From: the human T2T-CHM13v2.0 reference genome, Homo sapiens
DNA: 64,000 nucleotides
Direction: 5' to 3' (one strand)
Assembly: GCF_009914755.1 (NCBI RefSeq)
Contig: NC_060942.1
In this document: one piece after another, positions 51,303-64,000 of the stretch
Layout: the number at the start of each line of letters is the position of its first letter
Position numbering within the stretch: position 1 is the stretch's first letter
Position numbers and translations under genes: made by a program
The notes under the pieces: generated by a model
What the model was told of the DNA's origin: nothing
Seen by the model: only the letters and a program-made list of their open reading frames with translations
Databases searched by the model: none

Positions 51303-52859
51303 GAATAGATGGAAATTTCCTGTTTCCGTGGCTTCTCTGAGGCCTCCTGCCGGCTAAGGTCTGCCCACTGTGGACCCACTTCTCAACCCCAGCTCATAGG
51401 ATGACCCTAAGTAGTTCTGGATCCACATGACGCCAGCTCCACCTGTGATCTGCTTCTGAGCCTCCGGACCTCAGCTGCACTCTCTACTGTACATTTCCTC
51501 ACACCTTGCCAAAGAGCTTACCTTAGAATATTTCAGCAGCTTGCTTGCCTGCCAGTCTCCCCTCTAAGTTTGTGAACTCAAGGGCAGGGACTGCCTCCCT
51601 CTTTGCTTCTCTAATGCCCAGAATAGTGCCTGACACATATGGGCACTTGGTAAGTGTTTGTCAATGAACAAATCAATAAGTTCACCTCAATAGGCAGATT
51701 CCAAAGCTTATAAAATATTTCACAGATACTGCAAGTTTTGTATTTAAATATTTTGGTATAAATTAGCATTTTGACTATTCCTGATAAGGAGAATTAAAAC
51801 CATTCATGTTTCCTTAGACAGTGTTGTCCATTCACTCCCATCTAAGTCTTGGAATCTTATCAGTGAACAAATATTTGAGTATCTACCATGTTCAAGGCAC
51901 TGTGCTAGGCTCTGTAGATGAATCAAAGAAACACAAGAGGCGAACCCTTAAATAATTTACAGCTTTATGGCAGGACTGACTATTCTTTGTCCACTCAAAG
52001 GTCTTTCTGTGGAGTTTAGAGTACAAATAATAGTCGTGGGGTGAGAAGAACATGAGAGAGTGTGCATGAAGAAGTTTTGCAGAACGCCATCAAATTGTCC
52101 ATTTAGAGTCTTCTATTTCAAGACCCTCAACTATGGCTGGTTAGGGAGATGAGCATAACCTTTAGAAGTTAATTCTCCAGATAAATAAAAGGGACACTGC
52201 AGAAGTTTACATGTTACAAAATGCAGGAGACAGGGAAGTGTGTGGCATAGTAACCCTTTCATCTTCAAGGCGAGAAAAATATGGCACGGTCCAAGACAAA
52301 CAAGCTATAAATTTCAGGCTTGAGCCCCACCAGATCTGCCTCCTAAATACAGCCCAAATCAAGGCTGTCAGGACTGAGTCACTCGCAAGTCACACAACAT
52401 GAAAGAGGAGATCTCTGCAGCCAGTATCAGCCTTCAAGCTCCCAAGGGCTGGTCCTGTCTCTCCCAAATCCAACTTAAACTCTCAGGGCTCCAGCATTGG
52501 AAAGTGACAAAGTAGAAAATCTGCAGGGGCAGCCAAGAACACCTTACAAGCCGAGGGGAATGGGGTCTTCTTGGAGCCAGAACTGTTAGTTGTAAAACTC
52601 TCAGAGCCAGACAGAGGGAAGGGAACAGATTTCTTTGGGGTTCTGTTGTTTATACTTAAGTGTTTGGAATTAGAAGACCACAATCGGCCTGTAAAGGCCT
52701 TGTCATTAGAGATTACAAAGAGAATTACTTTGGTGTAGCCAGACACATCTTCTGTTTTTCTTTCTTTTCTTTTGAATGTCTTAACTTTTCTATTTGAACA
52801 GTGTCAGAAATTGCTTGTATGGTTCTGCAGGCTCTGCCCTTATATGTAGTTTAAACAGT

Positions 52860-53070
52860 GACAGCCAGCATTTACTAAATGCTTATTACTGCCAAGCACT
52901 GTTCTAAATGCAACAACCCTGGAGGTGGGTACTGTTATTATGACTATTGCAATCCCCATTTTACAGATGGGAAAACTGAGACAAAGAGAAACTGAATACA
53001 GCTGGTAAGCAGTGAAGTTGAGATTTGAACCCAAGCTCATGTCTCCAGAATCTGCCAACATAACCTCTAA
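52860..53070 (-). mobile_element. MIR
   Basis: atccccattttacagatgggaaaactgagacaaagaga...gatttgaacccaag. Confidence 0.88.
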
Positions 53071-53132
53071 GTTCTGATGGCTCTCAACAGCACAGCTGGG
53101 GCAGGTTCATATGCATAACAAAGAGAAAACTA

Positions 53133-53959
<827 letters not shown>

Positions 53960-54146
53960 CTACTTCCAGAGGGATGGAAAGGGCACTGGGGTGTCGTGTG
54001 GTGGCGGGGATTAGAGGCAACTGAGGTGTCAAATGCTCTCGGAAGAGATAAGCCAACATTGGTTGGTGTAAGTTATGGAATTCTGTCCAGTGTTTAGAAG
54101 CAAGGAATTTGATATAGATACACCAGCATGTATTCAAAAAGCATGT

Positions 54147-54433
54147 GGCTGGGTGCAATGACTCACGCCTGTAATCCTAGCACTTTGAGAGACCAAGGTG
54201 GAAGGATCGCTTGAGGCCAGGAGTTTGAGACCAGCCTGGCCAACATGGTGAAACCCCATCTCTAATAAAAATACAAAAAAATTAGCCAGGAGTGATGTCG
54301 TGTGCCTGTAGTCTCAGCTACTCAGGAGGCTGAGGCAGGAGAATCGCTTGAACCCGGCAGGTGAAGTTGCAGATCGCGCCACTGCACTCCAGCCTGGGTG
54401 ACAGAGCGAGACTCTATCTCAAAAAACAAAAAG
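54147..54433 (+). mobile_element. AluS
   Basis: Dimer with a small right-arm deletion. Confidence 0.9.
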
Positions 54434-55322
54434 AAGTTCTGAGCTTGCTTTGTTACTCTGGAGCCTTTACAGCTGTTAAGCTACTAAATAACTGAAAGTC
54501 AAGTTAGGGAGCCCAACTATGAACGCTTAAGTAGCAGTGGCGTCCTTAACAGTGGGGGTGAGAATATCAGGAAGCAAATGCGTGCTGAGAGCCAGCCGGG
54601 TCAGAGGTCTCTGAACAGAGAGCTGATGGAGGTGAAGAAGTAAGAGGGGTGGAGGGGTGGAGTGAAGCCCAACACAGGAATACAAAGGCTCTGTCCTGGG
54701 TCCACCAGAGAAAGAGGTCTGTGGGTTGCCCAGCCTTGCCCCATTTCTTCTTTCCCTTCCTTCCTCCCTCCCTTTTCTTTCTCCTCTTCCTCCCTTCCTC
54801 CCTTCTTGACGGGTCCTTCTCTACAGGGGTTTTGCCCAGTCTGGTCTCAGACTCCTGGCCTCAAGTGATCTTCTTGCCTCAAGCTCCCAAGCAGCTGGGA
54901 TTCCAGGCGCTCTGCTATGCCCTTGCCCCACTTTCCGATAAACATGGCCATCTCATCCCCCACCTCCACACTCACTGCTCTACTCCCCCAAACTGAGGTG
55001 GTCCCTGGTTATTTTCAGTGGCTCTCCATTAGCCAAGATGTTATCAAAATTTTCTTCCTGTAATTTATATTGGACCAAAATAGGAGTTTGCTTTCATTTT
55101 CCACATATAAAATGATCATACTATATTTTTCAAACTACACCCACCCCTCCCCGGAAATTCTGAACCTCCTCCACCCCACCCCACCTACCCCCAGCTGTGG
55201 CCCTGATTTCCCCTGGACCATTGGTTGCAAAATAAGTAGTATGGATGGGTGGGTGGAGGAGATAAGATCCTCTGGGAGGTAGGTTAGAGCCAGATAACAG
55301 AGGGCCTTAAATGTTGCCTCGG

Positions 55323-55489
55323 TGCCTGGGCGTGGTGGCGCGGGCCTATATTCGCAACAGTTTGGGAGGGCGGGGTGGGAGGATCACTTGAGCCCAGGAG
55401 GTTGAGGCCCGCAGTGAGCCGTGATCATGCCACTGCACTCCAGCCTGGGTTACAGAGCAACCCTGTCTGAAATAAATAAATAAATAAAA
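55323..55489 (+). mobile_element. Alu monomer (FRAM-like) with (TAAA)n tail
   Basis: TSD aaatgttgcc. Confidence 0.85.
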
Positions 55490-55959
55490 TGTTGCCATGG
55501 CAACCGCTGTCACCTGAGGCACACATTCTTCCTACATGAGGTGGGCAAAGAAGGGTCATTTAGGATGGCACAAGAGTGAAGTGAGCACACCTCCAGGGGA
55601 CCGTCTTCAGCTCGGTTCTTGTTGAGTGGGGAAGAGGTGGTCTGATATAGGAAAAAACTTGCTTTGGTCAACCCCGAAGCTGAAGAGATGGGTTTTCCAT
55701 GAGATCTGTCTCTGAGTCCAGTGGCTTTTCTTACCCCAGAAAAACCAGGAGAAAATGATCTTTCCTATACTGCAGTCTCCCTTGATTTCACTCCTGTAGG
55801 AGGAGCGATATATGGTTTTTAGTTCTAACTTGGTATCTGCAGGTAGTGCTGGGGGGACAGAGGTGGGAGCACCACTCTAAGCCATTTTTATGTTACAAAT
55901 GGCAAAACAAAATTAATGCGTTGACCTGAAATAAGAATGCATGAGTTATAGAAACTCAG

Positions 55960-56278
<319 letters not shown>

Positions 56279-56506
56279 AGAAAGAAGGAAGGAAAAGAAA
56301 GAAAGAAAGAAAGAAAGAGAATAAGAGAGAAAGAAAGAAAGAAAGAGAGGAAGGAAGGAAGGAGAAGGGAAGGGAAGGGAAAGGAAGAAGAAGGGAAAGG
56401 AAGGAAGGAAGAGAAGGGAGGGAGGGAGGAAGGAAGGAAGGAAAGAAAAAAGAAAGAGAGAGAAAGAAAAAAAGAGAAAGAAAGAGAAAGAGAGAAAGAA
56501 AAGAAA
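56279..56506 (+). repeat. ~228-bp pure-purine (GAAA/GGAA/GA) tract from an Alu tail
   Basis: No pyrimidine on the + strand across the interval. Confidence 0.92.
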
Positions 56507-57617
56507 CGAAACTCAGGTTCTTTGCTTTGGGCTTGAATTGTATCTACCCAATATGGTGACACTGGTCATCTATGCTGATTTCAAAGATGCATTACTTAAA
56601 TTCAGTTTATACTGGGCACAGTGGCTCCCGCCTATGGTTCCAGCTACTTGGGAAGCTGAAGTAGGGGAATTGCCATGAGGCCAGGAGTTCAAACCAGCCT
56701 GGGCAACACAGTAAGACCCCATCTCTAAAAATTTTTTTTAATTTAAAAAACAATAAAAAATACAGTTTGTTTGGTGGACAGGATCTTTCAGTACATTAAG
56801 TCCATGGTTTAACAATTATATTGATAATAATAAAGATAAGTAGTCCCCTTTCCTAAAAGGCTTGTTGAATAACCAAGAGGAGAACCAAGTTCTGCCAGGC
56901 AAGAGGGAATAAGGACATGGGAGAGTGACATAAGCCTGGCAAAGCTGCCTTCTACCCAGGAAAGCACCACAGTCAAGGTCACGGAGTCTGGGAGAAAAGA
57001 AGGCGAGGCGGTGGTGCTCTGCCACTTGTCTCTACTTGTTGCTGAGTGGCAGCCATCAGTTACAATTAACCTTTGGAATACATCCTGAGTCTCTATCAGG
57101 TTTTCTATCCAAATTTGGCATTAGTTGGCACCTACCTGTTGATACACAAGTAGTACTGTTTGCAAGGAGCATGAAACCCACTTCCCTATCCCTGCCCCCT
57201 ACTCCCCTCCCAACTCAGAGAAACCACATTCAGCTTAGCTCTGTGGAGGAGTTAGCCTTTAATCTCATTAAATGTCAATGATAGGAAAGACTTTCTTCAT
57301 CCACCCAGTTTCCCATCCATTCATTCAACACATCTCCATTGTGCAAGGTATTGTGGAGGATGTGTGGGCTGCCAACTCTGAGCCCAAGGTCTATGAAGTT
57401 GAAGTTAGCAATACCAGGCCAACGAGAGTAGTGGGGATGATGATTGACACCATGACAATTTCAATGATGAACTGTAATTAGCCGTTGTTTGGAGGAGGCT
57501 GGTGGTTAGAAGCCTCCTAAGCCTGCTGGCTAGGAGAGGAGCCAGGCAGGTATGGTGCCCAAAGGAGACAAAGCCTGAGCAGGGCTGTAGCCAGGACAGA
57601 TTAAAGAAGCAGTATAC

Positions 57618-58397
<780 letters not shown>

Positions 58398-60088
58398 TCA
58401 TCCCCTAAAACCCCCAAGGTCTGGGAAACTGAGCTCCTGACAGGTGCTGCCTGCCAACGGAGCAGTTGCCTGGGCTGTTGGGAGGGTCGGAGGCGGGCTT
58501 CCTGGTGTCAGCTAACCTCAGTTCTTTCTAAGAGGCAGTGAGTGAAAGTCAGTGCACTTGGCTGAGCACAAGTCCCTGAGTTCTCTGAGCCTTAGCCAAT
58601 GGGCCAGCCAACCGGAGGCCTATAGGCAAGTGCTGCTCTTGGGTGTGCAGGAAGGAAAACGGGCCCCATTGAACACCTCCCAAGCTTGCTCCCACTTTGG
58701 CACCTAAAATAGTCAATTTTAGCTGATCAGGTTCATTTCGCAACTCGGTTATGTGATTCCCAAGCATTACCTCTTATCTCGAAACAGAGGTGTGAAAACA
58801 GAACCGACTTGGCACAGACTGGCCGCCTGAAGGAGGGTCTTTGTGTGAGGCTCAAGACTTGTATGGTGGAAAAGAACACACAGTGCCGGCCCGTATCCCC
58901 CCCACTTCCATTCATTTGTCTGAGACCAGACCCTGCCCTACCCACATTACAGAGTATCTCTGGCCCCTGTAGAGAGAAAAGATAGCACTTGTACCACTAT
59001 GTGAGGGGCTTTGGCTCCTGCCTGGGGTGAATCTGCAGCCCCACACGAACAACTCAAATAGCTCGTGGATGTTTCCCAAATGTGTAGTGAGGCTTACTGC
59101 ACAAATATGCAGGTGGCACCATGGCCCTGCCCTCTAGGGAGAGAGAAGCAAGATGGCGCCATGCCAGCAGCTTCACAAAGTGGCGTTGTTACCTCTCCTT
59201 TAGATGTTCCTGTGTGGCTTCATTGGTGCAGAGGAGGATCTGTTTACACCGACTGGCTCATATTGATCCTTTTGGGGGAGGGGAACGACAATGCTGGCCT
59301 CTGTTAGTCTCTGGAGTATGCTGGAAGTGCTCAGCCCACCCCAGAGGGTGTCCTGTGATCCCTCTTGGTTGACGCGATACTGAATTACACCCCTGGAGGG
59401 TGAGCTCATTCCTGGGCTCAGAAAACAAGTTTCTGACCAGGATTGGGGTAAAACTCCAGGTATTGGGTTCTTTGAGAAGCCCATTGTCTCCTTGAAGTGA
59501 GTTGAGGGCACTGTTTTTTCAGAGTTGGGTCTCTGGAAAACAGGGAAGTCCACAGGCTCATTTAAAATACACAAGAAATGTCTCCGGGGATATGTTGGAA
59601 AAAATTTTTGAAATATACGTAACAGTGAAATCTGTGGGGTTTAAATATAATGCATCTTTTCCCCAAATCCTTTAAATCATAGTCATGGTCTCTTATTTTG
59701 AAAAACTTCAGCTGTCATTTTGCTGTAGTTTTTGTTTTTCCCGTTCAGAAAGACTGTGGGCATGTCGGGCCCTGTGTCCTGCTAAAGAGGTTATAAACTG
59801 AGTAAAGGAAAGCAGAGAGGGCCGTCTGCTAGATCAGGAGACAACGCCCAGGACAGAGACGGCCTTGGGAGCAAATGTCCTGCAGGGCCTCAATTGCCAA
59901 GTCAGACTTGTGACTCCTAGGGATCATCTTCACCCCAGGGCGGATCCCTAGTGTGTGCTCCCTGTCACGTTCTTACAATACTTTCTTTTCAGCAGACTGA
60001 GGGATCTCCTATAACTCTTCCCTGAACTGGCTTCACCAGTACATGACATTAGCAAAATCAGTCTATTCTCCAGTAACCTTCAAGAAAC

Positions 60089-60264
<176 letters not shown>

Positions 60265-60389
60265 TAAGGCACAGAATCCACACCATCCTTCTGCCTTGAA
60301 CATTCTCCAATGTGGCTTCAGAAACCCACGCTGAGTCCCTATATGCGGAACCCTGGGACAACTTAGCCTACATCCTTTTCTCTAGTCAG

Positions 60390-60800
60390 CTTCCTTTCAA
60401 TCCATTCTCCACCCTGTAGCCAGAGCAAGTTTTCTAAAATGAAAATCTGCCTGTCATTCTCCAGCTTAAAGGGTTTTAATAGTTTTGTAGAGTTTCTGAG
60501 AAAAAGTATAAAGCCCTTTGTGTGGCATTCAGAGTCCTTCAAGATCTGGCACCTTCTTCCCTCTCTCTCTCTTTCCTTCTCATGTGCACACCAAGTTTCT
60601 TCCAGCCAGATCTGCTCCATGTTTCTGGCTGGCTTTCCACTCTCCGTAGGCCCTGCACAAGCGTCCTACTGTGCCCAGTCTCTGCCTCTTCTTCCAGGCT
60701 GTGAACAAGCAGGGTGATGTCTTATTTGTCTTCCTATCCCCAGAACTTCACCAAATGCAGGTGGCAAAATACAGGGGCTCAGAAATTGTTTGCTGAGTCA
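60390..60800 (+). mobile_element. L2 fragments
   Basis: cagagcaagttttctaaaatgaaaatctg...; 3' end-like ggggctcagaaattgtttgctgag. Confidence 0.55.
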
Positions 60801-61141
60801 TTTTGAATTGGAATCTTTCCTAATATGTATTATGTACCTTTTTAAACAAAGTGAGCTCAACAAAATGTAATTTTTTTTTTTTGGGTCTGGCTTAGTTGCT
60901 TTCCTGCGTAGACTGTGCTAGATTACAATTGTATCTGGATACCATGTAGTCCTCGTGTTCCAGGCTTGGGAAGGAAAGGAAAGCATATTTAGAGGGTGAT
61001 TTTGTATTAACTAACAGCTTTTACAAATGAGTTGGATCAAATGCTTCCACTTCTAGGACCCTATATTATGGAAATGAAATACTGGAACTAATGGTTAAAA
61101 GGCCCAGCGACATTGATACCGCAGAAAACTATATAGCTGTT

Positions 61142-61454
<313 letters not shown>

Positions 61455-61479
61455 TTATTAAGGGAAGAGTAGATTTGTA

Positions 61480-61790
61480 TTTCTTTTCTTTTCTTTTTCT
61501 TTTTTTTTTTTTTTAAGAGACAGGGTCTTTCTTTGTTGGCCAGGCTGGAGTGCAGTGGTGCAATTCTAGCTCACTATAGGCTCAGGAGATCCTCCTGCCT
61601 GAGCCTCCCAAGTAGCTGGGACTACAGCCGCGAGCCACCATGCCCAGCTAATTATTTTATTTTTTTGTAGAGATAGTGTCTCGCTTTGTTGCCTAGGCTT
61701 GTCTCAAACTTCTCGGCTCAAGCCATCCTCCTGCCTTGGCCTGCCAAAATGCTGGGATTGCAGGTATGAGCTGCCATGGCATGCTTGGCC
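61480..61790 (-). mobile_element. AluJ
   Basis: Antisense dimer about 40 bp from the previous + strand Alu. Confidence 0.9.
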
Positions 61791-62096
61791 AATTTGGGTT
61801 TCTGACATGGAGGATGTCTATGGTATCAAGTGGTGAAGAAAGTGAATTGGAGAAAAATTGAACAGCATCATCCTCAAACATTCATGTGCAATTTTTTTGT
61901 ATGTATAGAGAAAGATTTGGAAGGTTATGCATGAAATGGAAGGCCTTGTCCATTCCTGGGACTGGGATATAGAAAAGAGTGGGAGGAATTGTTGATTTTT
62001 ACATATTTTTCTGGAGTGGCCTCAGTGCTGAATTACAATGAGGTTCAATGAGGGGAGCATAGGGTTATGGTCAGTGACCTCAAAGCCCTAACATTA

Positions 62097-62398
<302 letters not shown>

Positions 62399-62516
62399 AA
62401 AGCTCTAACATTATTAGCACTGACACGGTTGGTTCTTCTTTCCGCCTTCTGCCTGTTTTCTGTTTGCCAGAGGTCAATGTCCTGCCTTCTACAGACCCTT
62501 CTTATGGCTACTTGCA

Positions 62517-63221
62517 TTTAAATAGGGGATCCTGGAAGATGGGCAAGGTTTCTCAAGACCCAGGTCATGGCTTTTGCCAGTGGTGGAGGAGACTCTTTTG
62601 GTCAAGGGACTTCCCTGAAATTACCCACGGGGTTGGGCCAGCATGGGTCCGAGTTTCAACAGTTCTCAGCTGAGGTATGTTGAATCCTGCGGCAGCAGCA
62701 CTTTGCCCCGTCGATTATGCTGTTGGAGAGTAAGCCTGGGTTAGGGTTCAAGTGCAGATGTGCAATGGGGAGGAGGTGGAGGAACAATATAAATGCTAAT
62801 AGCCACCATTTACTCAGTGTTTATTGTGTCAGCACTGGGCAAAGTACTTTATAAACATTCCCCCATGTGACTGATGATTAAATTATCTCTGTATAAACTC
62901 TAGATTTATTTTATTCTCTTTATTTTTTTCCCCTGACTTGAAAATTAAAGCTTGCAGGTGATAAGTGATGAGGGCAGGATTTGAACCCAGGGAGTGGAGA
63001 GTGAGGAAACAGTCTAGTTACTGTAGCCACATCACTTGGGAGACTCATATTTGAAGATGCCTCCAACAGCATAACCAGAGCAAAGCGCTGCTGTGGGCTC
63101 CACCACACTTCAACCAAGAAGTGTTCAAACTCAGACCCATACTGGCCACACTTCACCATTGGCAAGCCATGACTCGGGTTGCTGGAAAACCTTGCCCATC
63201 TTCCAGGAACCTCTATTTAAA
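62517..63221. repeat. Non-Alu inverted repeat pair (arms 62517-62588 and 63151-63221)
   Basis: Left arm tttaaataggggatcctggaagatgggcaaggtttc...; right arm ...aaaccttgcccatcttccaggaacctctatttaaa. Confidence 0.88.
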
Positions 63222-63279
63222 GAACACAAAGGGACAGTGTCACATATTGAAAAGAAGACAGACCACAAAGACTGATGTC

Positions 63280-63400
63280 TGGTTTAATCCCCATTCTGTG
63301 GCTTGGTAATGACCCAGGGCAAATTGCCTCCCTGAGCTTTAATTTTGTCATCTATAAAGTGGAGTGATAATCCCTATCTCACACAGAAGTAGTGTAGAAT
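63280..63400 (+). mobile_element. MIR fragment
   Basis: ggtttaatccc...tgacccagggcaaatt...catctataaagtggagtgataatccctatctc. Confidence 0.7.
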
Positions 63401-63649
63401 AAAGGAGCTGGTGTATGGCAGGCAGGAAGCCCTCCTTGGCACTTAGGACTCTAGCTTCTGGTGGCGGGGATGTGGATAGGACTTCATGCTCTAATAATCA
63501 TGAGTAAGTGTCCTAGAGCACCAGTCACCAGGTCCTTGTGCATGCATTATCTCATTTGGCCCTTACCATAAGCCATCAAGCTATCTCTCTACTCTCTTTA
63601 ATTGCCCTGCTTGGGGCAAGAGTTGTTTACATTCAACCCTGTTCCCTCA

Positions 63650-63985
63650 CTTCCATTTATACCTCAAACCGCTGGAATCTGGCTTGATCCCACCACTCTG
63701 TGGGCCAAGGTCTGGCCAAGGTCACCTATAGTCTGCTCCAGAGAAATTTGAGCTGAGCAGACACTTTTCAGTCCCTAGCTTCTTGGATTTCACGTTTGAG
63801 CATTCTTCCCTTCACTTCTAGGGTTTTCTTCCTGCTTCCCCAGGTGCTCCTCTGTCTCTTTCATGGGCTTCTATCCCTCTATGGCACCTTCCTTGTTCTT
63901 AATATTTTTGAAACTTGCCACGTTCTCTTCACTCAGCTGCTGGAGTAGTCTTCAGATCTGATGACGTCATTTCCCTGCTCTGTGA
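63650..63985 (+). mobile_element. L2 fragment
   Basis: tctggcttgatcccaccactctg...ggccaaggtcacc...cacttttcagtcc. Confidence 0.55.
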
Positions 63986-64000
63986 AACCACCCTTGGCTC

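Overview
This window is primate (human-like) genomic DNA. It is an Alu-dense intronic or intergenic stretch in which I find no supportable protein-coding exon, RNA gene or CpG island. It holds several dozen Alu/FLAM/FRAM copies (AluJ, AluS and AluY ages, many with readable target-site duplications) layered over older L1M, L2 and MIR fragments. It also holds an MLT1B-like solo LTR, a MER30 hAT element with a perfect 8-bp TSD, and an apparently complete two-LTR MaLR (MLT1F-like) element at about 40.96-45.47 kb. The ORFs I could trace are Alu-derived, low-complexity or chance frames. The most interesting signals are structural or regulatory: a ~70-bp non-Alu inverted repeat pair (62.5/63.2 kb); a 49-bp templated insertion in an Alu copied from across a 238-bp GAA/GAG purine tract; a 3x31-bp minisatellite that multimerises overlapping NBRE/HNF4, TCF/LEF and CCAAT motifs; a 103-bp tandem duplication; and motif clusters suggesting endodermal enhancers and a CTCF/YY1 site. 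I cannot support a new biological system from the sequence alone. Repeat subfamily calls and boundaries were made by eye and are approximate.
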